A stretch of DNA of 64,000 nucleotides from positions 102,892 through 166,891 of IMG/VR virus record IMGVR_UViG_3300044972_002389; one strand, written 5' to 3'. Within the stretch, counting starts at the first letter, position 1. Each line of letters starts with the position of its first letter. Below, in pieces: positions 18,787 through 27,574 of the stretch. The notes below the pieces were generated by a model. The model did not search any database, had not been told where the DNA came from, and was given only the letters and a program-made list of their open reading frames with translations. Source of the DNA: a virus. A program made the translations under genes and the position numbers.

Positions 18787-18996
18787 ATGACAGACGTTGA
18801 AAGAGAACTAATCAACCTTGGGTTTGATATCCTCAAAGGCTGGCACAGTTGTCGACTGAGCAGTCCGTTGCCTGATCAAAAATCCGTTTACAACTGGCTC
18901 AACACTACAGATGGCGGACGCTATTGGGTTGGTGTCATCTCCATTTATTTTGAACGAGAAGAAGACATGATCCTGTTCCAGCTCACATGGTGTTGA
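18787..18996 (+). CDS. LTW-motif small protein family, array A member 2
   Basis: WLNTTDGGRYW...YFEREEDMILFQLTWC. Confidence 0.6.
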   Translation: MTDVERELINLGFDILKGWHSCRLSSPLPDQKSVYNWLNTTDGGRYWVGVISIYFEREEDMILFQLTWC

Positions 18997-19012
18997 TTGG
19001 TAGGAAGAATAA

Positions 19013-19234
19013 ATGATCGATATTGATCAACAATACCCCAGCGACTACCACACTAACCACACTAAAATCCAGGAATGGCATAGCTGTTCTATTCGCCAAT
19101 TTGTTGGGCCTGATCGACATACCATCCTCCAGTGGCTCAAAACAACAGATGGTGGCCGCTTTTGGGAGGGCGGAACTCGAGTATGGTTTGAGAGAGAAGA
19201 AGACATGATCTTGTTCACGCTCACGTGGTCATAG
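19013..19234 (+). CDS. LTW-motif small protein family, array A member 3
   Basis: WLKTTDGGRFW...WFEREEDMILFTLTWS. Confidence 0.6.
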   Translation: MIDIDQQYPSDYHTNHTKIQEWHSCSIRQFVGPDRHTILQWLKTTDGGRFWEGGTRVWFEREEDMILFTLTWS

Positions 19235-19237
19235 CCC

Positions 19238-19468
19238 GTGCACGATATCGACAACGACTATCTCGCCAAAGGTCACAACCAGAGACGTGACTACAGCATG
19301 CTGGACCAATGGCATCTCTGCCAAGTGAATTTCTCCGCCGTTAACGGAGACAAGATGTTTAGTTGGCTTGACGCAGCACCTGGGGAACGGTATTATTGGA
19401 CACGAGCTGGTAACATTTGGTTTGAGAGGGAAGAAGACATGCTCTTGTTCAAGCTCACATGGTGTTGA
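19238..19468 (+). CDS. LTW-motif small protein family, array A member 4
   Basis: WFEREEDMLLFKLTWC. Confidence 0.6.
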   Translation: MHDIDNDYLAKGHNQRRDYSMLDQWHLCQVNFSAVNGDKMFSWLDAAPGERYYWTRAGNIWFEREEDMLLFKLTWC

Positions 19469-19567
19469 GGGATGCAAGCCGGCAAAGTGTCAGAGCATGG
19501 CACGCTTTTGCTCCCTGTTGCCATTCAAAGACGTGATAGTGATCAGCTGTTTCCATCGTGCATAAAG

Positions 19568-19589
19568 CCTTGTTTGCTGTCAAACAAGG
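19568..19589 (+). promoter_or_regulatory. perfect 9-bp stem hairpin abutting the -35 box
   Basis: ccttgtttg-ctgt-caaacaagg has no U-tract and sits immediately 5' of TTGACA at 19591. Confidence 0.3.
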
Positions 19590-19590
19590 G

Positions 19591-19618
19591 TTGACACCCT
19601 GCCTAAATCTGCTATACT
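19591..19618 (+). promoter_or_regulatory. sigma70-type promoter (consensus family)
   Basis: TTGACA-16-TGcTATACT. Confidence 0.5.
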
Positions 19619-19645
19619 CACCACACAAGGAAAGAGGACAAGTTG

Positions 19646-20026
19646 ATGAGCAACAAGCGAGCACTAGTTAAGCTGGGTCAGTTTATGATGCAGAGTGCTA
19701 GTAATTTTAAGTGCGATGTGACCTTCAACAAGTGGGCACGAGTAGGACAAGCACTTACTGAGCTGGACAGAATTTTTGCGCCGCAACTGCGCGAGTTTCC
19801 TGTAGAGGACCAACTGGTGGTGAAGTCTGCTGCGGCTGTGATGATGGGCAAGCTTGAAATGCCTGATATGCTGGTGCCTCGCGAGAGTATTCCTCGACGC
19901 ACGCGTCGTGCTCGCATGACCCGGGTTATGAGCAAGAAGGAGCCCAAGGCTGCCAAGCCAACACTGTCCCAAGACAGTGTGGCGCCTCGCAAGCGTGGTC
20001 GACCCCGTAAAGTGGTGGCTGCATGA
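19646..20026 (+). CDS. hypothetical protein with C-terminal AT-hook-like motif
   Basis: C-terminus PRKRGRPRKVV. ATG one codon after the TTG the ORF track used. Confidence 0.5.
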   Translation: MSNKRALVKLGQFMMQSASNFKCDVTFNKWARVGQALTELDRIFAPQLREFPVEDQLVVKSAAAVMMGKLEMPDMLVPRESIPRRTRRARMTRVMSKKEPKAAKPTLSQDSVAPRKRGRPRKVVAA

Positions 20027-20232
20027 GCCACTCTCTGCAAGCGGGCTGCGATGAAAACACCCTCAACCATATCACAATGGTGCTGAGTGAGCTGAGCAAG
20101 CATTTTGATGTGAGTTTCCGTCATGCAGCAATGCGAGCTGTGGGGTTGGAACTGATCTCTCAGGACCAATGGGTGGCACTCCAAGAACTAGCCAAGAGCG
20201 AAGCTGTTCATCAAGCTTTGATGAAAGAATAG
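20023..20232 (+). CDS. hypothetical protein (69 aa)
   Basis: ATGA overlap with the upstream gene. Confidence 0.4.
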   Translation: MSHSLQAGCDENTLNHITMVLSELSKHFDVSFRHAAMRAVGLELISQDQWVALQELAKSEAVHQALMKE

Positions 20233-20349
20233 GAAAACTGCACATGCGAGTTTTGTATCTAGACTGGGACCCTGCCACTCGGTGCTACTTTGCTGTTACC
20301 AGCCAGGGCAGCCGCATTACATTGAAAAGCTCAACTGAGCCTGACGCAG

Positions 20350-20631
20350 ATGCTGAGGCTTCTCAACTGGAAGCTGATGAAATGGTTCACGATGAGTTCT
20401 GAACGAAAAGTGCTGTATCAGCGGAATACTATGGGCTATTGGATCTTGCAGCATCCATCAGGTTTGTATCCTGCTGATACAGCACAGGGTTTTTGGAGTA
20501 ATCACCAGGTGGAAGCCATGAGATTCCTCACAAAAGAGGAAGCCAACGCCTGTGCTGAGTATCTCTCCACGAGCGTTATAAGCGGTATCAAATGTGACAG
20601 TCTCTTGGTGGAGCCGCTGTTTCAGATGTGA
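20350..20631 (+). CDS. hypothetical protein (start uncertain, possibly 20377/20392)
   Basis: ORF with several in-frame Met. Converges on the minus-strand GT25-like gene. Confidence 0.3.
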   Translation: MLRLLNWKLMKWFTMSSERKVLYQRNTMGYWILQHPSGLYPADTAQGFWSNHQVEAMRFLTKEEANACAEYLSTSVISGIKCDSLLVEPLFQM

Positions 20632-21350
20632 ACATCAGGGTTGTAGTTGGCATTGTGACAGAGATCATGCCACTGAGTTTGAGTGTCATCTCTATAAGCT
20701 TTGCCACCACCCTTCTCTTCTACAGCTAACATTGGGTAGATAAGGGCCCTGCGGCCGCTTTTGGTGATAGTCCAGTCAGCATTGTTTGAAATGCTATAAT
20801 GAGGATCAATCAAAGTTTTCCATTGGTGAACTGGGTCCTCAAATGTGTCTACAGCCCATTGAGCATGACGTCGGCGTATCATATACATTTGAGTACCATA
20901 AACATTGAATTCAAAGCTGTGATACGTGTAGGGCTGACTGATAATTGGCATAGTGGCCTCTACTCTAGAGATGGTTTCAGGCCTTAGGTATCCCAGCATC
21001 AATATATCCAAATCAAGCTTCTGGAAATTGGCTACCACACAAGGCAATTCTTCAGCAAAGTCTCGGCGGATCATAACATCATCCTCCACTACTATACAAA
21101 TTTCGTCACCTGAATAGATAAACTTTTTGAGAATCTTCATGTGACCAGCCATGCAACTCCAAGCCAGCTCGCTCCATTTGTTTTCTTTTTTGATCCTTTC
21201 TTTTTGCCAGTTATCTGGTGCCAGTGTGGGGTGCGATGCAGCAACACTCTCCACAAGAGAGATGTCTAGCCCCACTTGCTCAAACCGGTGTCGCATGCGT
21301 TCTGCTTTGCTGAGATTGCGAAAAGTTAGGCAATAGATCGTGGGAATCAT
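20622..21350 (-). CDS. GT25-like glycosyltransferase (LPS/LOS biosynthesis family)
   Basis: 242 aa. N-terminal IYCLTFRNLSKAERMRHRFEQVGLD resembles the GT25 I-x-V-I-N-L...R-R...L...G pattern. One of only two minus-strand genes inside the plus block. Confidence 0.45.
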   Translation of the reverse strand: MIPTIYCLTFRNLSKAERMRHRFEQVGLDISLVESVAASHPTLAPDNWQKERIKKENKWSELAWSCMAGHMKILKKFIYSGDEICIVVEDDVMIRRDFAEELPCVVANFQKLDLDILMLGYLRPETISRVEATMPIISQPYTYHSFEFNVYGTQMYMIRRRHAQWAVDTFEDPVHQWKTLIDPHYSISNNADWTITKSGRRALIYPMLAVEEKGGGKAYRDDTQTQWHDLCHNANYNPDVHI

Positions 21351-21443
21351 AATCCATAGTAGTTGACGTTGTGGAAAATCACAAATAACTTGTTGACAAA
21401 GATGTCGTCTGTCCTACACTGGAAGGATATGGAGAATCTTACA

Positions 21444-21866
21444 ATGGGTAAATCAACAAGTTGTGGTGTGGTGATAACTGACGGGAACAAGTTGGTTGTT
21501 GGGCATGTAACACGTGGTAAATGGTGGGACCTACCTAAAGGAGGCATGAACCCTGGAGAAAGCTTTCTTGAAGCTGCACTGAGGGAACTAAATGAAGAAA
21601 CTGGTTTGGTAGTGGAAGACACCTCAGCCCTTACGCCTCTGGGCGTGTTCCTATATAAGCCAAAAAAGGATCTAGTGCTGTATCTTTGGAAGGTCGAACA
21701 AATGCCAGACCCCACTTCCCTAGTCTGCAAGAGCACGTTTAAAGACTCCAAAGGTCGTGATGTCAAAGAATTGGATCAATTTAAAGTAGTCACCTGGCAA
21801 GAAGCTGCAAACTTAGTCAATCCAGATATGCAAAAAGTATTGAAAAAAGTAGAGAAGGAAATTTAA
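21444..21866 (+). CDS. Nudix hydrolase
   Basis: GGMNPGESFLEAALRELNEETGL is the Nudix box. Internal ATG with GGAG RBS; the ORF-track start at 21363 is upstream. Confidence 0.75.
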   Translation: MGKSTSCGVVITDGNKLVVGHVTRGKWWDLPKGGMNPGESFLEAALRELNEETGLVVEDTSALTPLGVFLYKPKKDLVLYLWKVEQMPDPTSLVCKSTFKDSKGRDVKELDQFKVVTWQEAANLVNPDMQKVLKKVEKEI

Positions 21867-22162
21867 TGACACGAGATCAATTTGTTGAAAAACTGTTGTC
21901 TGGTGAAGTCAACCTAGTGTTTGAGAAACGAGATGGCTCTCACCGAAAAATGAAGGCCACATTATCTGAACAACTTGTGCCGCAAGTATCCACGACGCAA
22001 GTATCAACCAATAGAAAGTCAAAGGGGCAAAACTTGAATCTAGTGGTCCTCTGGGATCTAGATAAGGGAAATTGGCGCAGTCTGAGGTTTGATAGTCTGC
22101 TGTCTGTTAATGGAATAGACATGTCTCAACTCATCAAAAATACTGAACGCTCCACAAATTGA
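21866..22162 (+). CDS. hypothetical protein (98 aa)
   Basis: ATGA overlap with the Nudix gene. Confidence 0.4.
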   Translation: MTRDQFVEKLLSGEVNLVFEKRDGSHRKMKATLSEQLVPQVSTTQVSTNRKSKGQNLNLVVLWDLDKGNWRSLRFDSLLSVNGIDMSQLIKNTERSTN

Positions 22163-22242
22163 GATTGAGGTATGTGTTTTGAGCATGCCTGTCTGGTAGC
22201 TATGCAACTTGTTGATCGCATAAATCTAGTGTAAATATTGCA

Positions 22243-22449
22243 GTGCAACATAGAGAAAGAGAGAAAGCAATGTTTACTACACTTATCCGCGCTATTTTTG
22301 GCGACGTTTCAACCCACAACAGCAACATGAACCTGCGTTGGTCCAGCAACACTGAACTAGCCAATTATTTCCGCGCAGAGTACAAGGAAAATGCTCCAGA
22401 AGCATATGACTACTTCATGTGCACAGGCAAGGGCAACTTTGCTGGCTGA
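22243..22449 (+). CDS. hypothetical protein (68 aa)
   Basis: ORF followed by a strong terminator. Confidence 0.45.
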   Translation: MQHREREKAMFTTLIRAIFGDVSTHNSNMNLRWSSNTELANYFRAEYKENAPEAYDYFMCTGKGNFAG

Positions 22450-22475
22450 GTGCTAGCCCACATCTAAGATAGTGC

Positions 22476-22505
22476 AAAAAGCCCGGTGTATTCCGGGCTT
22501 TTTCC
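22476..22505. terminator. rho-independent terminator (A-run/hairpin/T-run, bidirectional-looking)
   Basis: aaaaa-gcccgg-tgtatt-ccgggc-ttttt. Confidence 0.65.
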
Positions 22506-22547
22506 TTGACATCGTAAGCAGCTATTTGGTAGTGTGATTACACTGGC

Positions 22548-22748
22548 ATGACACTTTCTCATTGTTACAACACACGGCTAATCAGGATGAGTATTCAAGA
22601 AGCCAACAGTCGTATCTGTTGGTGTGCTGATAATTTTGGTGACCGGGATATCAAGTGGACTGTGCGATGCCACGACAGAAGTCGTTATGAATGGTGGTTT
22701 ACAAATAAGGATGATTTAATTTGGTTTGGCCTTGTTTGGGAAAGTTGA
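22548..22748 (+). CDS. LTW-motif small protein family, array B member 1
   Basis: CWCADNFGDRDIKW...WWFTNKDDLIWFGLVWES. Confidence 0.55.
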   Translation: MTLSHCYNTRLIRMSIQEANSRICWCADNFGDRDIKWTVRCHDRSRYEWWFTNKDDLIWFGLVWES

Positions 22749-22791
22749 CTGAACAACAGGGTGTGTTAAGTTTCAGATTGTTGAAACACTC

Positions 22792-23088
22792 GTGTATGGA
22801 GTAGGAAAAATGAACACTCGCGTTTCTGAGTCTCAGCGTCGGGAAAATTCTCGAGCTATTGCTCGTAGGGATAAATGGCGTCAACAATATGTGGTTGTGG
22901 TGAAGGCTATTCGTGAACTCAAAAGCCAAACTCGCGGCCGGCCATATGATCCGGTGATCAAAGTGCAACTGCGTACAATGAGGCAGCTGGCTTGCGACAT
23001 GATGTTTGAACGGACGCATTACATCCGTTTTGATCTGGTGAATACAGCATATCCTTATGCAGCTACAACACTGGAACAAGCTGCATGA
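22792..23088 (+). CDS. hypothetical basic protein (98 aa)
   Basis: ORF only. Confidence 0.4.
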   Translation: MYGVGKMNTRVSESQRRENSRAIARRDKWRQQYVVVVKAIRELKSQTRGRPYDPVIKVQLRTMRQLACDMMFERTHYIRFDLVNTAYPYAATTLEQAA

Positions 23089-23600
23089 ACAAAGAAACTG
23101 TGTTAATGCAGGAGGTAATTGTAAATTATCACCCGCAATTCGCTGACAGCACTCAACTTCGTGAGATCGGCATGTTGCGGCCAGAGATTTTCAAGGTGGA
23201 AATGCTGATTGAAGAATGTCTGGCGGCATGGGGTCCTTACAACTTGGTCAGAGGGGATCATCAAGATTTCAGTGATGGAAGTGATTGTAAAACTGCAAGT
23301 ATTCGATCAGAACCGGTTAAAGCTGGTACAGCATCTCATAAAGGTGAAATCTCAGGTGTACAAACCAGTGCTGGTGTTGTCAAGCAGGGAGCATTACGGT
23401 GTGTAGTTTATAACCCTTGCGAAAACAATATCTTGTATTTTTACTTACCCAAAGAGTTTTGGACACAAAATATCAATCGGCATCCCACAACTGGTATGGG
23501 ACGGATCTTTTTCACGTATAATCGTAACACAATGGTAATTCCCAAACTTATTCAATATCAAGTGAATAATTTTGAAGAATTAGCAAGGACCACAGGGTAA
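23085..23600 (+). CDS. hypothetical protein (171 aa)
   Basis: ORF with ATGA overlap. Confidence 0.45.
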   Translation: MNKETVLMQEVIVNYHPQFADSTQLREIGMLRPEIFKVEMLIEECLAAWGPYNLVRGDHQDFSDGSDCKTASIRSEPVKAGTASHKGEISGVQTSAGVVKQGALRCVVYNPCENNILYFYLPKEFWTQNINRHPTTGMGRIFFTYNRNTMVIPKLIQYQVNNFEELARTTG

Positions 23601-23605
23601 CAAGC

Positions 23606-23791
23606 ATGCAGAACCTGGGTGCAGAACTTTGGCCCCACAGAGTTGAAACTCTGGGGGGCAGTGATCAAGCTGGCATGCGTGGTTGGCTTGAGCGGAACGT
23701 GGACTGCACTGCTTGGTTCTTTGCAGCAGCCAATGTTGTGTATTTTTCGCACAAAGAAGATGCTATGCGATTCAGTTTGATTTGGACATGA
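23606..23791 (+). CDS. LTW-motif small protein family, array B member 2
   Basis: FSHKEDAMRFSLIWT. Confidence 0.55.
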   Translation: MQNLGAELWPHRVETLGGSDQAGMRGWLERNVDCTAWFFAAANVVYFSHKEDAMRFSLIWT

Positions 23792-24000
23792 AGTATTGGG
23801 CAGCAACCACGTTGGATGAGCCCAGACGTCAGGAAATGTCACGCTGGTGCAACCAAAGTTTTGGCTACACTGGGTGGATGGTTCACCCCCAGTTTGGGCA
23901 ATGTGAGGAAGAATGCTATCTCAAATGGAGTTTTTGGTATCAAGCGGATGTTGTTCTTTTCACCTTGGTTTGGGATGTCGCTGCCAATGAAGATAAGTGA
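23788..24000 (+). CDS. LTW-motif small protein family, array B member 3
   Basis: WCNQSFGYTGW...WYQADVVLFTLVWD. Internal ATG with ATGA overlap; the ORF-track start at 23713 is upstream. Confidence 0.55.
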   Translation: MKYWAATTLDEPRRQEMSRWCNQSFGYTGWMVHPQFGQCEEECYLKWSFWYQADVVLFTLVWDVAANEDK

Positions 24001-24188
24001 ACCAACGTGGGACAAAATTATAGCCTATTACCAAACAAAATCTCACATAGATGATTATAATTGGGCGAGCTTCAAACAGTGGGTATGTACAACCTATAAC
24101 GTTGATAAAGTCTATTTGGGTGTTGAGGTTGAACTTGTTTTTTATCTCCCAAGAAGATGAGGCTGTGTTCGCATTAAGTTGGCTATAA
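23987..24188 (+). pseudogene. LTW-family member interrupted by +1 frameshift at a T6 tract
   Basis: Frame A gives MKISEPTWDKIIAYY...KVYLGVEVELVF then YLPRR-stop. Skipping one T in gttttttat continues as ISQEDEAVFALSWL-stop (24188), which aligns with neighbour KWMYIGQGRWLFPSEEQAAEFALIWT. Confidence 0.4.
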
Positions 24189-24386
24189 ATGGGCCCTACA
24201 CCGTGGAGCCACTTGCCTTATGAAGTTACCTTGCCCATCAACTCAGTTCACAATCTGTTGAAGATCAGCATCTGGTGCAACAACAACTTTGGTGACCAAC
24301 CCATCAAATGGATGTATATTGGGCAAGGTCGCTGGTTGTTTCCTTCAGAGGAGCAAGCTGCTGAGTTTGCGTTGATTTGGACATGA
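24189..24386 (+). CDS. LTW-motif small protein family, array B member 4
   Basis: IWCNNNFGDQPIKW...FPSEEQAAEFALIWT. Confidence 0.55.
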   Translation: MGPTPWSHLPYEVTLPINSVHNLLKISIWCNNNFGDQPIKWMYIGQGRWLFPSEEQAAEFALIWT

Positions 24387-24478
24387 ACAAAATTTGACAG
24401 CAGCGATAGCTACCTGTTTTGGCTGCTGACCGTCAGTTGACACAAACCAAATTGGCCTGCATAAATTGGAGTATGACA

Positions 24479-25531
24479 ATGGAAACTCTCAAACTACTGG
24501 CGGCCAATTTGCGTTGCACTGATGCAGATTTTGAAGCAAAATACGCTGATTTATTGAATCAAATCAACGTTGAACTGGACCAACGCGAGTTGAAGAAGCA
24601 GCTGGCCACTTATGCAGCTTCCTTAGGCAAAGAAAACAGTGTGCTGGATTTGAGCAGCAGTGTTGTTGGCCTCGAAGGCAAGATTGCATTTTGTTTGAAC
24701 CATGGTGCTGAGTTGAACGCAAGCAGTCTCACCCGAGTGGTGTTGCTGCTGGACCGCCTGGCAGAGCAAACTGAGCGAGCTACTCCCACATGGCAAAATT
24801 TGCCCATTACTAGCCAAACACGGCAGCGGGATCAGTATGTTAACTGTTACAGTCGAATTGACAACCTCAAAACACAAACGTTACAAGGCACTCGAACAAT
24901 ACGTGAGGTGGCAGCAGGTGTGCGAGACATTGTATCAGCGTATGCACCCAGCAACAGCGGAGTTCATCGTCAGTTATTGACTCATTACAAAGACTGTTTG
25001 CATGAAGCCCAAAGTGACCCCACTGTCAGCAATTGGGTGCCTGTGTTACGAACAGTGGTTGAAACCCTCACACTACTTAACAGCAATCGTGGCAGCATCA
25101 AACAAGGCAAGCGAACTGCACGGGCTAGGTTGATGAGCAGCACTGTTGACACTAGAGATCGCCAAGGAGAAGCTGCTGCCACTCGTATCAAAGTGAAGTC
25201 AACAGACACTGATTTGGGTATCACGTCAGTGGATCCCACTAATGTGGTTGGTGCTGAACTGGCCGTAGTCTACAACACCAAAACTCATCACGTGGAAGTG
25301 TATCGAGCCAGTGGAGAGCAAAAGCTCAGTGTGCAAGGGGCTCGCATCACCAATTTTGACCCTGCCTTGAGTCAAGGGCGAGCTTTGCGTGAGCCCGACA
25401 GTTGGCTGCCACGATTTACCAGCATTACCACAGTTCGACGTGCAGAAGTGTTGATGACCAGCCTCAAGGGCAAAAAGTGGGCACTCTCTGGCAAACTAAA
25501 CAGCAACCATCTTATCCTGAAAACTCTCTAA
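24479..25531 (+). CDS. hypothetical protein (about 350 aa)
   Basis: GGAG RBS 8 nt before ATG 24479. The ORF-track start at 24419 is upstream. Confidence 0.5.
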   Translation: METLKLLAANLRCTDADFEAKYADLLNQINVELDQRELKKQLATYAASLGKENSVLDLSSSVVGLEGKIAFCLNHGAELNASSLTRVVLLLDRLAEQTERATPTWQNLPITSQTRQRDQYVNCYSRIDNLKTQTLQGTRTIREVAAGVRDIVSAYAPSNSGVHRQLLTHYKDCLHEAQSDPTVSNWVPVLRTVVETLTLLNSNRGSIKQGKRTARARLMSSTVDTRDRQGEAAATRIKVKSTDTDLGITSVDPTNVVGAELAVVYNTKTHHVEVYRASGEQKLSVQGARITNFDPALSQGRALREPDSWLPRFTSITTVRRAEVLMTSLKGKKWALSGKLNSNHLILKTL

Positions 25532-25591
25532 AAAATCTTGCATTAGTGAAACGCCCTGTTACAACTGTTGGGCATATAGAGGAACAACGCT

Positions 25592-25897
25592 GTGGAACCC
25601 AAAGACCAACCAAACCCATTTGGTAAGTGGACCATTATTGGTGGGAATTTTCCACCGGAATGGAAAGATGACCCAGAAATGGCTCGGATCATGCAAGCAC
25701 TCTTGGAGGCTAGCATCATTGCTGCTCAGCGCGAAGAGGCTCTTGAACGACTTATGGGGGTCCAGCAGGATCCGGATCCTGAACTGGATGATGCCATTAC
25801 TGACATTATCCTTGACGATGTGCAGGAATATCCTGAGGCACTGGGTTGGATCATGGGCGCATATCGCAAGGGTGAAGAACTGGGCTGGAAACGCTAA
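25592..25897 (+). CDS. hypothetical acidic protein (101 aa)
   Basis: ORF only. Confidence 0.4.
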   Translation: MEPKDQPNPFGKWTIIGGNFPPEWKDDPEMARIMQALLEASIIAAQREEALERLMGVQQDPDPELDDAITDIILDDVQEYPEALGWIMGAYRKGEELGWKR

Positions 25898-25905
25898 AAC
25901 CACTG

Positions 25906-25934
25906 TTGACAACCCCGTAACCCCCTGCTACTTT
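25906..25934 (+). promoter_or_regulatory. candidate sigma70-type promoter
   Basis: TTGACA-17-TGcTACTTT, 7 nt before ATG 25941. Confidence 0.35.
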
Positions 25935-25940
25935 AGGCAC

Positions 25941-26177
25941 ATGAACAACAAACCCAAACCCACTCCCGCCCGTCTTGTGCGCAGCCTCATCACCCTGCTG
26001 GGTACACCTCGAATCCTGTTCAGCGACCGCATTCAAAATGGTCGCAGCATCAAGGTATGGGGGTGGGATGAACGCCTCTACAGCGAGGCCAGCATGATCC
26101 TTGCGCGGCATGGCTACCGTGTGCGCAAGGTAAAGACCTCGTTTGGCAGCACTCGTCTTCACGTGTTTGAGAAATAG
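25941..26177 (+). CDS. small basic protein (78 aa)
   Basis: MNNKPKPTPARL... is the internal start of ORF 25620..26177, placed directly after the candidate promoter. Confidence 0.35.
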   Translation: MNNKPKPTPARLVRSLITLLGTPRILFSDRIQNGRSIKVWGWDERLYSEASMILARHGYRVRKVKTSFGSTRLHVFEK

Positions 26178-26188
26178 GAAAACCGGTT

Positions 26189-26560
26189 ATGACCGATGAT
26201 CTCGGAAACCTTTCTGACAATGACTTCAAGCGCCTAGTGCACCTGGTGAACGAGATCATCCACCTAAGCCACGAAGGTGCTCGAGAAGGGCAAGCTCGGG
26301 CACACGACATCTACGCACTGTCACGAGATGCACGCGACATCTTGATCCTGGACGAAACCAGTCGGGAAGCTATGCGACGCCTCACAAATACTGAACGTCC
26401 CACCATGTATGGGGTCACCATCAGCAAGTCTGTGGAAGACTATGTTCGTGCTGGCATGAAGATCAATGCCATCAAAGAGCTGCGAACTGAAACGGCTCTG
26501 GGCCTGAAAGAGGCCAAGGACGTTGTGGAGGCTTTTGCCAGCACAATTACGCCCTTTTAG
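26189..26560 (+). CDS. protein with ribosomal bL12 (L7/L12) C-terminal-domain-like segment
   Basis: C-terminal [23 protein letters not shown] versus E. coli bL12 [21 protein letters not shown], about 14 of 20 identical. The N-terminal 75 aa are unrelated and the protein ends shortly after the motif. Confidence 0.55.
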   Translation: [123 protein letters not shown]

Positions 26561-26572
26561 GCACATCTTTGG

Positions 26573-26600
26573 TTGACAACACTCAATATCCTGCTATGTT
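26573..26600 (+). promoter_or_regulatory. sigma70-type promoter (consensus family)
   Basis: TTGACA-16-TGcTATGTT. Confidence 0.5.
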
Positions 26601-26624
26601 GCGCTGGTAAATGGAGTACATGAC

Positions 26625-27212
26625 ATGACCAACAAGCCTCAGAAGATCGTTGTTCACAAGCACGCCGCCAAGCGGTTGTTTCATGTGAGCATTCACAATG
26701 TTGACAGCAAGGCTGCTAACACCACTTGGCAGGGTATTGCAGGCAAGAGCCGTTATGCATATGAACAGGGCTTGGTAGGCAACTACAAGAACGATCGCGT
26801 TCTCACTGGTGGGCTGATGCTGGCTTTTGTCAACACCCAATATGAGGGTTGGGAAACACAGGACGTGGAGGGCGAGTTTCCCAACATGATCCGTGCTGCT
26901 GAACACAAGGAACAGGTGGCGGATCAGCTGATCCAGGAGGGTCTTACAAACGTTGGTGTGCGCAATGTGAACAGCAAGCGCGATCCCAGCAGTGATGGCA
27001 TGGGCAGCAACTGGAACGCCAAGTTCAACCCCAACCGGATGACAATGGCCAAGGTGAACGAGAAGATTGACTGGATCAACACAAGCCTGCAGATGAACAT
27101 CTCTCGAGACGTTCGGAGCCGGGCACTGCGGGCAGTGATTGGTGCTAACGGCAATGTGGACAGCATGGCTGGCCTGCTCCGCTTCATCCGACAGGAAATG
27201 GGCCTGGTTTGA
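26625..27212 (+). CDS. hypothetical protein (195 aa)
   Basis: ORF after a consensus promoter. Confidence 0.5.
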   Translation: MTNKPQKIVVHKHAAKRLFHVSIHNVDSKAANTTWQGIAGKSRYAYEQGLVGNYKNDRVLTGGLMLAFVNTQYEGWETQDVEGEFPNMIRAAEHKEQVADQLIQEGLTNVGVRNVNSKRDPSSDGMGSNWNAKFNPNRMTMAKVNEKIDWINTSLQMNISRDVRSRALRAVIGANGNVDSMAGLLRFIRQEMGLV

Positions 27213-27505
27213 TGGCTGCTGTTTATCGGATCCTGCATGTGCCTACTAGCATGTATTTTTGCCCCAGCAGGGAAGTGCGAGTCAAGCTCGCAGACCTACC
27301 CAGCTATTATGGCAGCGGCACGATTGCAGTAAAGAGCAATCTCAGCAAAACTGGTAAGACCTATCTCAAACTGCCTACCATCAAGCAAATTGGCCAAAGA
27401 TACTACACTCACTTGTTCAATTCTGTGACAGACATGGCTCCTGGAACACATTACTGTGTGAGGGCTGTGGTGGTGGATGAGTGGGTGGTTGAGGAAATGG
27501 CATAA
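27209..27505 (+). CDS. hypothetical protein (98 aa)
   Basis: ATGA overlap. Confidence 0.4.
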   Translation: MMAAVYRILHVPTSMYFCPSREVRVKLADLPSYYGSGTIAVKSNLSKTGKTYLKLPTIKQIGQRYYTHLFNSVTDMAPGTHYCVRAVVVDEWVVEEMA

Positions 27506-27514
27506 AGTTTTTGG

Positions 27515-27541
27515 TTGACACATAGCTACACCTAGTCTAAT
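27515..27541 (+). promoter_or_regulatory. candidate promoter (weak -10)
   Basis: GGTTGACA followed by TAGTCTAAT; weaker than the other family members. Confidence 0.25.
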
Positions 27542-27574
27542 GTGCGTTGATAAGACAGTTTTTGTGAGGACGAG

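Noticed and set aside
22505-22536. CCTTGACA immediately after the 22476 terminator as a consensus-family promoter
   Set aside because: The -35 is perfect, but no TGnTATAnT-like -10 is at the correct spacing (gctattt at 11 nt, tagtgt at 20 nt). It is left unannotated.
23816-24160. ORF 23816..24160 as a single 114-aa protein
   Set aside because: Its 5' half is out of frame relative to the well-supported family gene 23788..24000. The meaningful part is the 3' segment from about 23987, which joins by a +1 shift to the family C-terminus. It is treated instead as a frameshifted paralogue.
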